From NCBI RefSeq assembly GCF_018977255.1, contig NW_024704742.1:36086001-36150000 (forward strand): a stretch of 64,000 bases of DNA, read 5' to 3'. Source of the DNA: Callorhinchus milii (Eukaryota). Below are positions 22,570 through 34,050 of this stretch, in pieces. A program made the translations under genes and the position numbers. Positions within the stretch are counted from its first letter, which is position 1; each line of letters starts with the position of its first letter. Below the pieces are notes generated by a model. The model saw only the letters and a program-made list of their open reading frames with translations, made no database searches and was not told where the DNA came from.

Positions 22570-23983
22570 CCAGGGCTCACATCAGAGCCCACTATGGTCC
22601 TGTTGGGTTGGCTGCCCCAATCTACGGGATAATGCCATCCACCTGACCGCTCGCTCCCGGTCCCCGCGTGCGCACTATGGCTGCCGCTTTGACCCGAGCC
22701 CCCTCACCCCCTCCCTCCCCCCCCTCCTCTCTCCCCCCAAACCCTCCCCCCTCTGCATCTCTCCCGCTCTGTCCTCCTCTCTCTCCGTCCCTCTCGTCTT
22801 CTATCCCCACTTGACCCTCCCACAACCTCCCTCTGTTCCAGCCTGGGAATCCTCCGCCGGGCTCACCGTGGCACTCGGCGTTGGCTGTCCAGCAGCAGCC
22901 ACACCGACTGCCCCATTCCCCACCACTCTCGCCAGCCACCCCGGACACAGACCCGGGGAGCCAACCTCTCCTCCCTTATCCCCATTCCCCCCACCCCTGC
23001 CTCACAACCTGGACCCCCCTCCCACACACCCTTCTGTCAACCGCTCCCTCCACATCGGACTGCAAAATGTCCGCTCCCTCTGCAACAAGGCCCTGGTCAT
23101 CAACGATCTCATCCTTGATGAGAACGTTGACATCATGGCCTTAACAGAAACCTGGCTCACCCCAGGCGACACCTTCCCCCTCACGGAGGCCACGCCACCC
23201 GGCTACACCTCCCACCACATCCCCCGCCCCAACCGCCGTGGCGGTGGTGTTGCCCTTATCTCAAGGACACCACTTGCCCTATCCCCTTACTCCACTGGCT
23301 CTTTCCCCTCCTTTGAGCACCTCACCCTCTCCCACCCCTCATTCCTCTCCCTTAAAATCCTCCTCCTCTACCGGCCCCCTAAAACCTCTCCCACCTTCAT
23401 CTCTGATATTTCAACACTCCTCACATCTCTTTGCCTCTGCTCTGATCGCCTCATCATCCTGGGCGACTTTAACCTGCACTTCACCCCCTCCTGCTCCATC
23501 TCCTCAGACTTCTCTTCCCTGCTCTCCTCACTCAACCTCTCCTTACACATAAACTCCCCCACTCACAGTCACGGCCACCCACTCGATTTGGTGATCACCC
23601 GGGGCCTCAGTGTCTCGGATGTCACTATTACCGACAAGGCCATCTCTGACCACCACTTCATCTCCTTCACCACCTCCACCCCCCTCCCCACCTCCACCAG
23701 ACCCACCACCATCTTCTACCTCCCTTGGAAGAAGTTACCCCCACAATCCCTAACGATGCCTTGGAGTCCTCTGAACTCCTTTCCCTCTGGCCTTCAACCC
23801 TCACCGACCCCTCTTCTCCTCTCTCCCTCCTCCACAATACCCTCTCCTCCACACTCGATACTCTTGCCCCCATCACTTCCCGCACTGTCTCCTACTCCCG
23901 CTCCTCCCCCTGGTACACCACCCAGTGGGACGTCCTCCTGACGTGAAAGGCGCTTTATAAATGGAATCTTGTTGTTGTTGTTG
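22570..23983 (+). mobile_element. L2 element: 5' region and endonuclease fused to 3' tail, RT absent (5' boundary uncertain)
   Basis: L2 N-terminal motifs and APE domain, abrupt switch at 23925/23926 to TGGGACGTCCTCCTGACGTGAAAGGCGC...(TTG)n. Confidence 0.9.
22677..23925 (+). pseudogene. L2 ORF2 N-terminus and AP-like endonuclease domain, frameshifted
   Basis: Likely start ATG at 22677 (ACTATGG). Motifs LLSLRP, LGILRRAHRG and RGANLSSLIPI lie in one frame; LQNVRSL, ALTETWL, RGGGVA, LYRPP, ILGDFN, PTH..GHPLDLV and ISDH are uninterrupted in the next frame (~23035-23720). Confidence 0.9.
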
Positions 23984-25649
23984 TAGATGACTTCTTCCAA
24001 AAAATGTCTTATTTATTTACAAGTTTGGGTTAAATAGATTGTGAAATATTACTGAACTGGGTTCATGTTATTAAAAAGATGTGGGATTTCAAAGAGATGA
24101 CTGAACAGTTAAACTTTTAAAGTTCCCTTTAATGAAAGCCCTCCACTAAAACACATTTTATTTCCACATTTCACAATAGATTCAATGTGATATTTAAAAA
24201 TTGACCCTCTTGTTCCTCCTGCTCATCCACCCACTCTTATGGCTCATACAAGCTCAGCAGGAAAACAGTAGTAACACAAGGTTAATCTGTGCTTGTGACA
24301 GAGTCTTATGCTGGCAAATTTAAAATAATCATATTAGGTTTTGACAGTAGATGCAGTGTAGTGTCTCAAGCCTTAAGGCACATGCTTATAGATTTCTAAG
24401 GATCACTGCTCTCATTGATGCATTGCGTAGGTCTTCCTGAACACTGCTGACACATCATTTCATCATGTGCATCAAAAGTCTGATGATGGATGGGAAATTC
24501 AACCCCTGACACACAGTTCCGGCACTCAGTTTGCAAGTCTTCAACCTTGAGGCTGCCTAAATCTCTCAGGGTAGCCTGACTTCAAACAAAAGAGAAGTCA
24601 GAACTATGAACTGGGTCACCAGCATGACTAACATGTGATGACAACATTCAACACCAGACATAAGAAATCTCTCCTGTGCCCAGTGACTGAACCCATTAGT
24701 TACGACACTTGAGTTTATGTCCCACATGTTTATATACTTTACCCGGAGACATTCTACATCACGGAGATTCAGGGAAACAGGCACAATACATCAACTCAGA
24801 CCACCACCACAGCATAACCAAGTAAGAGGCTCAGTCCTAGGGATATTAAGCCAGAAATCTAGGAAAGGAATGTACTCTAATGGCCTGGGATTCATTTCTT
24901 AAATAGTTCTTGTCATCCTCTCCTGCTGCAACTTCCAATCCACCATAGACCAAGGCTCCTCTGGTTCTAGATGTCCACCACTCTTGTCTCCATGCAGCAT
25001 AAATCTTCAATACCATAACTTAAAAAAATTAAACCTAATGTCTTGTAATGGTGAAAAGGAGACTGAATAGACCCAATAACCTGGGTGCACATCCTCCTAT
25101 TTAACAATTTTAAAAAATATAAAACATCTAGCATTTCAAAATGCGCCATATGATGTAATAACTAAACAATAGTTATTACATCACATGGCACATTATACAA
25201 TGCAATTGTCACCAGCGCTAATTCTTATATCAACAATATTTGCGGCCTGCTCAGTAGAGAATTAAAAGCCTGGCTATTGCCCGTGGAGGTACCCACAGTA
25301 GAAGGTTTAAAAATAGTCGATAAACTTCCTCAGGAGAAATGAAGATTCCTTCTCCTGAAATCTCGAGTTAAAAAAAACAGGAGTGAAATTTTGTAAGTGA
25401 CGATTATCCCAAATTAACAAAATGTTGCAAATTTCACTCTTGAATTCTTCTGCATGGAGCAGAGCTGTACTGCAGTATGTTATTGCCATGCATGACCTGC
25501 ATTCATCAGCTAGGCAAAAGTGAAATGATTCATAGGGAAGAAGTGCAAGTTGTAAATGCAAGTTCTTGTTGTTCTTTCTGGAGTTCACATGCATTTTTTG
25601 TCTCTTTCTTGAGGTTGACTGCACAAATCCTGTGTAATTCTTAAAATTT

Positions 25650-25745
25650 CACTCACAAAATATACAGTCAATTCACTTTATAGTACATTCTGTGAAGCGC
25701 TTTGAGCCGTTGTGAAGATGTGATAAGGCGCTATGTCAAATACAT
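25650..25745 (+). mobile_element. SINE family A, 3' fragment
   Basis: CACAAAATATACAGTCAATTCACTTTA...GATAAGGCGCTAT. Confidence 0.8.
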
Positions 25746-25794
25746 TTTTGTAATATAAATTCTGATAAAAAGTTTTCAGTTTCATCATGTAATC

Positions 25795-25881
25795 CAGGGA
25801 TGGCCATCTTGCAGGCCACATGACTATTTTAAGTGTGCAAGTAATGCATGTGGCCCGTGGGATGCAAATTGGTCATCCCTG
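25795..25881. mobile_element. hAT-type MITE (87 bp)
   Basis: TIRs CAGGGATGGCCA / TGGTCATCCCTG; 8-bp TSD ATGTAATC / GTCTAATC (6 of 8 match); subterminal GCCACATG / CATGTGGC. Confidence 0.8.
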
Positions 25882-25926
25882 GTCTAATCCATAAAATATG
25901 TAAAACATCCATTCTCAATATGATGT

Positions 25927-26324
25927 ATGATTTACTTCAATAACTTCAAACCATACAACTCACCTACCCCCTCCCCCTCTTCTGTGACTATCACTACATC
26001 ATCTGGGTCCCAGACACACCTTTTCTTTCCCTGGGCTGCCTGTTTTGTTGCAATTCCGCCCTTTGTTTTGCAGCCTTAACACCTCTTTAGCCCATCATCC
26101 CCTGTCCTCTACCCCACTTTTTCCTTTGTCTTCCTTGTCCTGCCTCCCCCCTCTTTGTTAGTCCTTAAAAGCCTCTCCCTCCCAACATGACCTAGTTCTG
26201 ACGAAGGGTCGTGGACCTGAAACGTTGACTCACTTTCCTTTCTCCATAGATGCTGCCTGACCTGCTGAGTGTTCCCAGCAACTTCTGTTTTTGTTTCAGA
26301 TTTCCAGCATCTGTAGTATTTTAT
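25927..26324 (+). mobile_element. Penelope-like element 3' end (possible ORF end, pyrimidine-rich UTR, terminal repeat)
   Basis: TSD TTCTCAATATGATGT (25912-25926) / TTCTCAATATAATGT (26325-26339); hammerhead motif; same terminal sequence as the palindromic copies. Confidence 0.85.
26194..26230 (+). ncRNA. Minimal type I hammerhead ribozyme motif (PLE-associated)
   Basis: AGUU-CUGACGA-A-GGGUC-GUG-GACCU-GAAA-CGUU-GACU: stem I AGUU/GACU, core CUGANGA...GAAA, palindromic ACGU in place of stem III; predicted cleavage after GUU (26226). Confidence 0.8.
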
Positions 26325-27448
26325 TTCTCAATATAATGTGGTTGTTATAGAGTTCTTTTCTGTGCAACTAAAACTGAACCACTTGTATTTTAGACACAAA
26401 TGTTTTTTTTGTTACTGGTTATTCTGAGAATATTGCAGGAATTTCCCAATAGGTCAACCCGAGGGTAAATTCAAATAATAGTCTTCTGTTACTCAGTGTG
26501 CAACAGAGGCTTCACAAAGCATCTAAGTGTGCCACATGGCTAAATGAGTAACAGCATCACATGTCTGTTTGAGCTGCCAGCTCCCAAATTGCCAATAAAA
26601 GCATCTTGAGTCAATCCAATGCATTGTACTGATCTACTTAATTGGATTCTTGTTGTTCTGGCTCAACTTGCTCCAAATGCCTCTTCAGAGGCAGGACAAC
26701 CACAAGCAAAGCACTAAACACCACTTTGGTTAGGCAATGAGTAAAATGGTATAACATGAAAACAGACCTCAGTAAAGAAGAAATACATTTCTTTAAACAG
26801 AAATGTAGAGACCGTCCCTCCAAAGATCTATCTGACAAGTGCCCTATAATCAGCTGGTATACAATTTCAAATGGAAGCCAGAAATTTCACCAAGTCTCAG
26901 CTTTCGGGACCATTTTGTCTTATTATTTAAGATCACATAAGGTTGTGAAACATTAGGAAGCCAGTTCTTTTTGAGAAAAGCAGAAGGGCAGCTTCCAAAT
27001 TAAGACCGAATTTTCCACAATTCTGCGTCACCATAACATTTAAGATACAACAGTCTTCCTAAATAGTCTTACACACTACACTTGGGTGAAACTAATATTT
27101 ATTAATTAGTAAAACTGGAAGCATGTCACATCGACTCGCGGTAACTCCCTCCAACACAATCTGTTTTCCGATTGGTCTTCTTGCAATTCGCATGATGTAC
27201 TTCTGTTACTTTGATGAGATCCCACTTAGATTTCTCCATTAAGAATTAATGAAGGATAAAGTTTTGAAATCACTATGTTTTAGACTCAAATGTTTTTGAA
27301 TACTTTAATGAATTGTGTAAGTGATTACACAACTCTAACATACTTCCAGAGGATATAAAGCAGGTGTCCTACCCACACTGAATACATGTCAGTAACTGGA
27401 AGGTGTGGGGTGAGGCTATTAAGTCAGCCATAGTGAGGGTGTGATGAA

Positions 27449-27597
27449 ACACAAAATACTGCAGATGCTGGAAATCTGAAACAAAAACAGAAGTCACTGG
27501 GAACACTCAGCAGCTTAAGCAGCATCAATGGAGAAAGGAAAGTGAGTCAACGTTACGGGTCCACGACCCTTCGTCAGGAGTCTGTTTTTGTTTCAGA
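27449..27597 (-). mobile_element. PLE terminal-repeat remnant with short inverted arm; hammerhead core mutated
   Basis: Perfect TSD GTGTGATGAA (27439-27448 / 27598-27607); minus strand CTGACGAAGGGTCGTGGACCCGTAACGTTGACT (GAAA changed to GTAA). Confidence 0.9.
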
Positions 27598-27637
27598 GTG
27601 TGATGAATCCAGTTGAGAGTCTTTACTGAGAAACATC

Positions 27638-27735
27638 AGTTGTAATGAAGGGTCACCTCTGAACCATCCACCTATTTTTCCTCTTCACGTGCCAATTGAC
27701 CTACTGTGCCTTTCCTGCACTTTCTGCTTTCATTA
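27638..27735 (+). mobile_element. Older, degraded PLE terminal repeat
   Basis: ATGAAGGGTCACCTCTGAA...TGACCTACTGTG..TTTCC.GCACTTTCTGCTTT. Confidence 0.55.
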
Positions 27736-30209
27736 CTGACAATCTTTAGTTGCTGCTCAGTTTCTAGCTGAGTGCATTAGTGGTGGACACCGAAGGTATG
27801 ACAACAACAAGAATCTCCTCATCAGCGAATGGAAGAGATGGTGAATTGTGGTTCTTACTTTAATTATTTGTTTTAAAAAAGGAGGAAAAAACCCTATCAC
27901 AAGTGCTGCCATTCTCAATAAAGTGAATCTTAATTAAAACATGACTTTCCATTAAGACGACTTCAGGTTCCTGCTGGCTGCTGAGATCTGCTGGAAAACT
28001 AATTAAAATACAACCACACCAGAGAACGTTGAGGAGATGTATTAATGAAACACGTCTGTGCACCTTACTCCAAGTGTTTTGCAAACAATTGTGAGAAGGA
28101 AAATCAATTTTCTGTTCCATTGTTTTTCATATCATTTCATTTTTCAGTGTTTTTTGAACAGATTATATTGAAGTGGAATCTTTGTGTGTAGCTTGGATCA
28201 TTGAATGGAACCTTGGCTTGTACTTCTCTCTGACCTTGCTCTCTCGCTCTTTTCCTCTCACCCATCTCGTCTTTGAACTTTTTTTAAAATAATCTTTAAC
28301 TCGCTCCTCACCTGCTCTTTACAGTGAAGAAACAATTCAATAAAAATCATACTTAAGGGAGTTATCTGGAGCAAAACAACAGTGGAAGTTTATTTTTTTT
28401 TAAAATGGGAGTCTAATTTGTCAGATTTACTAGCAGGATTTTGGAATAAAGAATCAGAGTCCCACGAATGGGGAACTCTTTTGGGGGAACAAAAGTACAT
28501 CATTCCAGCCTGGAATTTTTGCATGTGATCTAACAGGATTATAATCAAAACTCAACATGTTCCGTTAAACTAGGCTAAATAGGTTCTGCGCTGATGAAAA
28601 TGTGATACTTTTGCCTTCTGGCCCTGTTTTGAACAACATTACTAGGAAAAATTGTTGTCAGAGAAATAATGCCCAGACCAAGACACTAACCAGGCTGAGT
28701 TTTTTTTTACCAATGCAGCCTTTGAATTTTGTTTGCATGGCGGTTAAACTCGTGTCAGATACAAAAAATTATTTTTATATGACAAAGAGATTGCTACCAC
28801 AGTCTCTTTATTGTTCCCCAGTCATTGATTTCTCCAAACTGTGTTTTCTTTTCCAGTAACATTTTGAAAATAGAAAGTGGGAATAAATAGCGCATTGTAA
28901 CTGGCAGTTAGTGCTGGTTCACTAGAGTATTACAAGCTTCACAGCTGCAAGCAAACACAACCTCCTGTCTAAGCACTGTATATAACTTGAAAACATTGAC
29001 TTGGCATGTCATTGTGCCACAGTGAATCATCCAGGATTGTATAATGCACTAAAACTGCACCTCAACACAGACCAATATTTCCAGATCCTAGTCCAATCTG
29101 TGCAATTCAATACTTTAACTCCAGAGTGATTCCACTATCAAACATGTAAAGTATTGTTTTTCCCTTATGTCACTTATCCTCAGCCCCCAAGCTCAACTGT
29201 ACTTCTCCAGGTTCTCTCCTAATCTCTACTGTCTCTGAGGTGCCAAAAGCAGGAGGAGAATGTTTGCAGACCATTGGGTTATTGCAACGCTATTATTATT
29301 ACATTCCAGTAATAATAATAATTGCATAGGACTTTTCATGTTGGCAGTGTGTCTCAAAACACTTCCCAGGATTTTCTGTAAAGTGTAGTGACTGTGTAGC
29401 TTCGTAAGCAATATTGCAACAAATTAGAATTAATTCTCCAAGTGTATACACTTTCAGATCCAACCCTTAGTATGCTTTTATTAAAGCTATTGAATATTTG
29501 GGGGAATGGGAATTCAAGTGCACTAACCTCCTTCTCACTTCACTGCACCAGAGCTGTGCACGTCAAAATAGTTAGATGTTAATAATGTTTCCTAATAAGT
29601 GAAAGCCTTGCTGCTGACAGCTTGGATGTTATATTTCCCCCCCATTCCCACTGCCCCATGACTGAACTCCCTGTGGCCCTGCCAATCCTCCTCCCTTGTC
29701 TTTCTGGTTCACTATGCCTCCATAGCTAAGCGTTAACAAGATCCCTGCTGTAGGTACATGTTCTCATTAAACCATGGTTAGCAAATGACCGTCGGTGTCA
29801 AACCTTCTCTTCCAGGTTGCAATTTCCCTGGATTAGTTGGCAAATTTCTTCAATCAGCTAGATTGATTTCCCAAGTTGCTGAGCGCAGAGGTACCTTTGC
29901 CAATTGGCCGTGTGAAAGAGACAGATGCACACTACTTATTTGTTCAGTAATAAATCCAAGCTGAAATCCACGTGTGCCAGAAGATAAACATCCTCACAGC
30001 CCACTGGGCCAGCCTTGTAGCTCAAATATTGTTAAACCCACAGCAAACATAATTCATTTTTTTCCTTCAATAAAAGGGAAGCAAATATACCTACTCAAAT
30101 ATACTGTGTGTGTTCCAATCTTTGATAATATTGTTGCTTCAAAAATTGACCAGGTTCAATTGTCTGCATTTTAGTCAACAGCAATAGCTATGAACATAGG
30201 TTATACAAT

Positions 30210-30365
30210 GTGGTTTCAGAGGTGCTGTCCTTTGGATGACACATTAAACTGAGGTCCTGTCTGTCTGTTCAGGGGGATATTCAAGATCAAATGGCATTAT
30301 TTGGGACAATCCCCAAATAAAACGAACTGGTCATTTACCTCATGACTGTTTGTTGGGTATTTCTG
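30210..30365 (+). mobile_element. Deu-domain SINE fragment
   Basis: GAGGTGCTGTCCTTTGGATGA.ACATTAAACTGAGGTCCTGTCTG.CTGTTCAGG. Confidence 0.8.
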
Positions 30366-30519
30366 TCATCCACTTTGTAAATCCACGTTCACTCAGTGTG
30401 CATTCTGATGTCTCAAGTACTTCAATCTATTGATGCAATATAGCACCAACTCTGAAGAAGTAATGATTGCTTTTAAATGTCCGCTAGTTCATCAGAGCAA
30501 TGGAGTGTAGTTATTATAA

Positions 30520-30695
30520 CAATAACAATCCTTGCATTTGATATAGTGTTTTTCACTTGAGGAGGAAGTATCAAAGCGTTTCACAGAATATACTGTAAAG
30601 TGTAGTGACTGTATTTTGTAACCAAATGGGGGAGCCAATTTGGACACAGCAATGTCCCACAGACAGCCATGAAGTGAATAATGAATTTTATTTAG
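30520..30695 (-). mobile_element. SINE 3' half (tail shared by Deu and family A SINEs)
   Basis: AATCCTTGCATTTGATATAG...CCCACAGACAGCCATGAAGTGAAT. Confidence 0.8.
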
Positions 30696-31084
30696 TTGAT
30701 TTCAGGAAAATAGGACAGTCGGGATATATAATCAATAAATCCACTGCGCACCAAAAATTTCATGCAGGTCTCCTTCCTGAATCAAATCCTGCATTGAATA
30801 TTCATGACAATATACAATGCAGATTCAGTGAAGGACAATGGCCAATTGATCTAGTTATTCAGCAAAATGTGTATTCCATTGATGTTGTAGTGAGTATATC
30901 TGTGGTCTGGTGATACACGTGCACAGAATGCCAGGGATTATTTTCAGAAATATGATTGATTATAATTTATCAGTAGAGATGAAGTAGAGATAAAGGGAAT
31001 GCATATCATGGTCCTTTTCAGTCACAACCAAGGTCTCAGTACATTTCATTTCAAAGAAATGACATTTGCACTGTGCATCCACCA

Positions 31085-31270
31085 AGCATTGTTGGAGGTG
31101 TCATCCTTCAGCTGAGACGTCAAACCAAGGCCCCATCCGACAGTTCAGGACAATGTTAAAATTCCCATGACACTATTTGGAAAGAGAAAGGAGTTTCTCC
31201 TGTTGTCCTGCCCAACAATCCCCCAAATAAAATTGGTCACTCACTCCATGCATGTTTGTGGGATATTATA
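31085..31270 (+). mobile_element. Deu-domain SINE fragment
   Basis: GGAGGTGTCATCCTTCAG.TGAGACGTCAAACCAAGGCCCC...CCCATGACACTATT. Confidence 0.8.
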
Positions 31271-31339
31271 TCAGTCATCACAATATACAGTCCTCAATAT
31301 CCTTAATCATGTTTACTATACTAATATTTTCATTTCTAT

Positions 31340-31490
31340 TTTGGTCAGCCAGGTGTCTTGACACATGTGGAAAACCATCACCATGTTGAAGTGTGTATAA
31401 GACAGAGTGAGAGTTCCACAAATGTATGCGATCTACTCACGAAAAATTGAGTTTGGAATGGAATACACACTCTCTGTGGAGGGCCACACC
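31340..31490 (+). repeat. Unclassified repeat U, copy 3
   Basis: TTTGGTCAGCCAGGTGTCTTGACACATGTGGAAAACCATCACCATG...TGGAATGGAATACACAC. Confidence 0.8.
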
Positions 31491-33214
31491 CTACCTACCT
31501 ACCTACCAAAAAATGTTAAGCTTAAGATGGCAAGAGCTAACATTTGGGCACCAAAGAATGTGCACTGGGGTACTGCTGGAGTTTAAATAGCCCAAACCAA
31601 TGAAAGCGCTGTCTGGCAAGCTTCCTGCTGTTTGCCCAGCTAGGACTTCCATACCCATTAGGGCTTTGGCTTACGGGGCTAACAGCAGCTGAGAGGGAAA
31701 CATTCCTGTGATTGGTCTTCCCTTCCAAGTCCTACAGACAAGCCAAGCTAGCTGGACTGTCATCAGCAATGCCCTGGAGTATTGGGACCTGCTTGGCTCA
31801 GGAATCGGACTACCAAGACTGTCACAGAAGTTACTCGATTCCAAGATTCTGTTGTCTGGCATACCTCTCACCATTTCCCTCCCCCTTTCTTCTATTGACA
31901 AATATAGTCAAGATTTGCATCAATGACCATTGTTTCTGCCTTAATGAAGACAATGTCAGTATAAATAAAAAAAAACCATCAATTTGGTGACTGGGTAAAA
32001 TAACTTCTGATTCATGCTCCTGCTTATATTTCTGGTTGGATTAAATCATATTTTATCTGAAAGATCAATTGTATTTTGTGATATTGACTCCCATAGTTCA
32101 ATAACCTGACCAGACTCACTGTCCAGGCTAACACATGAATAATGCCCATTTGGGCGAGGTACTGGATGATGACTATGCCCAATAGAAGGAAATCAAGTGA
32201 AACACCCTCAAGAAAGGAGTAAGTTGGCAAATTTGACAGACAACCTGCCATTTGTACCTTTACTGCCAAGATAAACAGACATAGACATAACATTGTCTTC
32301 TATATTTTTTATTGAAAGGAAATGCAGATTCATGCAGATAGCATGAGTAAGAAAGGTAGCATGGTGCAGGATGTGCACAATGAGCCAAACGTCCTCCTTT
32401 AATGCTGAATAAAGTATTTATACATATCTACAACTATGAACCCAATCCATGTCCAATGCACTTCCATCAAGTTTTACTGCAGTTTCCTTTTGCACAATAA
32501 AATTAATGAAGAGTGACAGTTACACTAACACAGGCAAAAATGACACAGGAGCCAGTATAAGAGAATAAAATCAACTGAATGGTAAATGGATCCAATAAAG
32601 GGAAAGCTAAACAATATCTCTGACTGAATAGGGTTCCTTGGGGGGAGGTGAGGTTAAAAATGTCTTATTTGATAATTTGTAGGTTCCAAAATAGTCCTAA
32701 GCTCAAAAACAATGTTTCTTCACATCAGTGAGTTTTTCAGTGAATAAATCATATCTGGATCTCATCTTATACTGTCCTGAACCAAAATTGCATGTTGTTT
32801 TCATACAATGCAATTTACATTTACATAGCACCTTTTACATTGGGAGGACTGTTGAAGTGCTTAAAATTGTTGGATGGGCACCTGAAGTGGGGTGGAGTAG
32901 GGAAAAGCACAGGCAAAGAACTACTGTTTGAGACGGGATTCGAACAAGGTGAGGCGACATGTGAGGCAGGAACTGCAATAAGGAATTCCAAAGAGTGGGG
33001 ACAGACTATAGCCTACACATCCCATTTACCAGCAGACATAAGACATAAGTCCAATGTGCGATATGGCAGGATTACTGGACGTACTATTGAGAAGGTTGTC
33101 AGGGGAAGGTCTTCCTCCTGCACACCCAGTCAATCAGTCAGTGTGTTAAATATTGCTAAATTGATGAGCAGGTGTTAATTAGTATATCACATTGTAAGAC
33201 CTATCTGTTTTTGA

Positions 33215-34050
33215 CATAGACAGACTGGGAAAACGGGAGACATGTGGTAGATGAAGTTTAATGTGGAGAAATGTGAAGTGATGCATTTTGTGAGGAAGAA
33301 TGAGGAGAGGCAATATAAGCTGATGGCACAATCTTAAAGGGGATGAAGGAACAGAGAGATCTGTGGGTTCATATAAGTAAATCTTTGAAGGTAGGACAGG
33401 TAGATAAAGCTGTTAAAAAAGCATACGGGATACTAGGCTTTATAAATAGGGGCATAGAATACAAAAGTCAGGAAGTTATGATGAACCTTTATAAAACACT
33501 GGTTAAGCCTCAGCGAGAGTACTGTGTTCAGTTCTGGGCACCACACTTTAGGAAGGATGTCAAGGCATTGGAGAGGGTGCAAAGGAGATTTACCAGGATG
33601 GTACCAGAAATGAGGGACTTCAGTTATCGGGAGAAGCTAGGATTATTCTCCTTGGAGCAGAGAAGGTTAAGAGGAAACTTAATAGAAGTTTTCAAAATTA
33701 GGAGGGGATTCGATAGGATGAATAAGGAGAAACTATTTCCACTGGCGGGTGGGTCGGTAACCCGAGGACACCGATTTAAAATAGTTGTTAAAAGAAAAAG
33801 AGGGGAGGTGAGGAGAATTTTTTTCACACAACAAGTTGGTTGGATCTGGAATGCATTGCCTGAAAGGCTGGTGGAAGCCGATTCGATAACAACTTTTAAA
33901 AGAGAAATAGATAATTATTTGGGGAGGACAAGTTTGCAGGGCTATGGGGAGAGAGAGGGGGAGTGGGATTGAATTGGATAGCTCTTTTCAAAGAATCAGC
34001 ACAGACATAATGGGCCGAAAGGCCTCCTTCTGTGCTGTATAATTCTATCC
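33215..34050 (+). mobile_element. CR1 LINE, 5'-truncated; ORF2 C-terminus (ORF 33343-33972)
   Basis: LYKTLVKP..EYCVQFWAPH.RKDV.ALERVQRRFTRM, LGLFSLEQRRLRG, WNALP; 3' UTR ATGGGCCGAA.GGCCTCCTTCTGTGCTG. Confidence 0.95.

Noticed and set aside
22811..23941. 376-aa ORF as a host or domesticated gene
   Set aside because: Its N- and C-termini are out of frame with the L2 motifs, it starts at TTG and ends in the L2 tail; it is a transposon remnant unless shown to be conserved.
33343..33972. 209-aa ORF (and the 159-aa ORF at 60022-60501) as genes
   Set aside because: C-termini of 5'-truncated CR1 ORF2.
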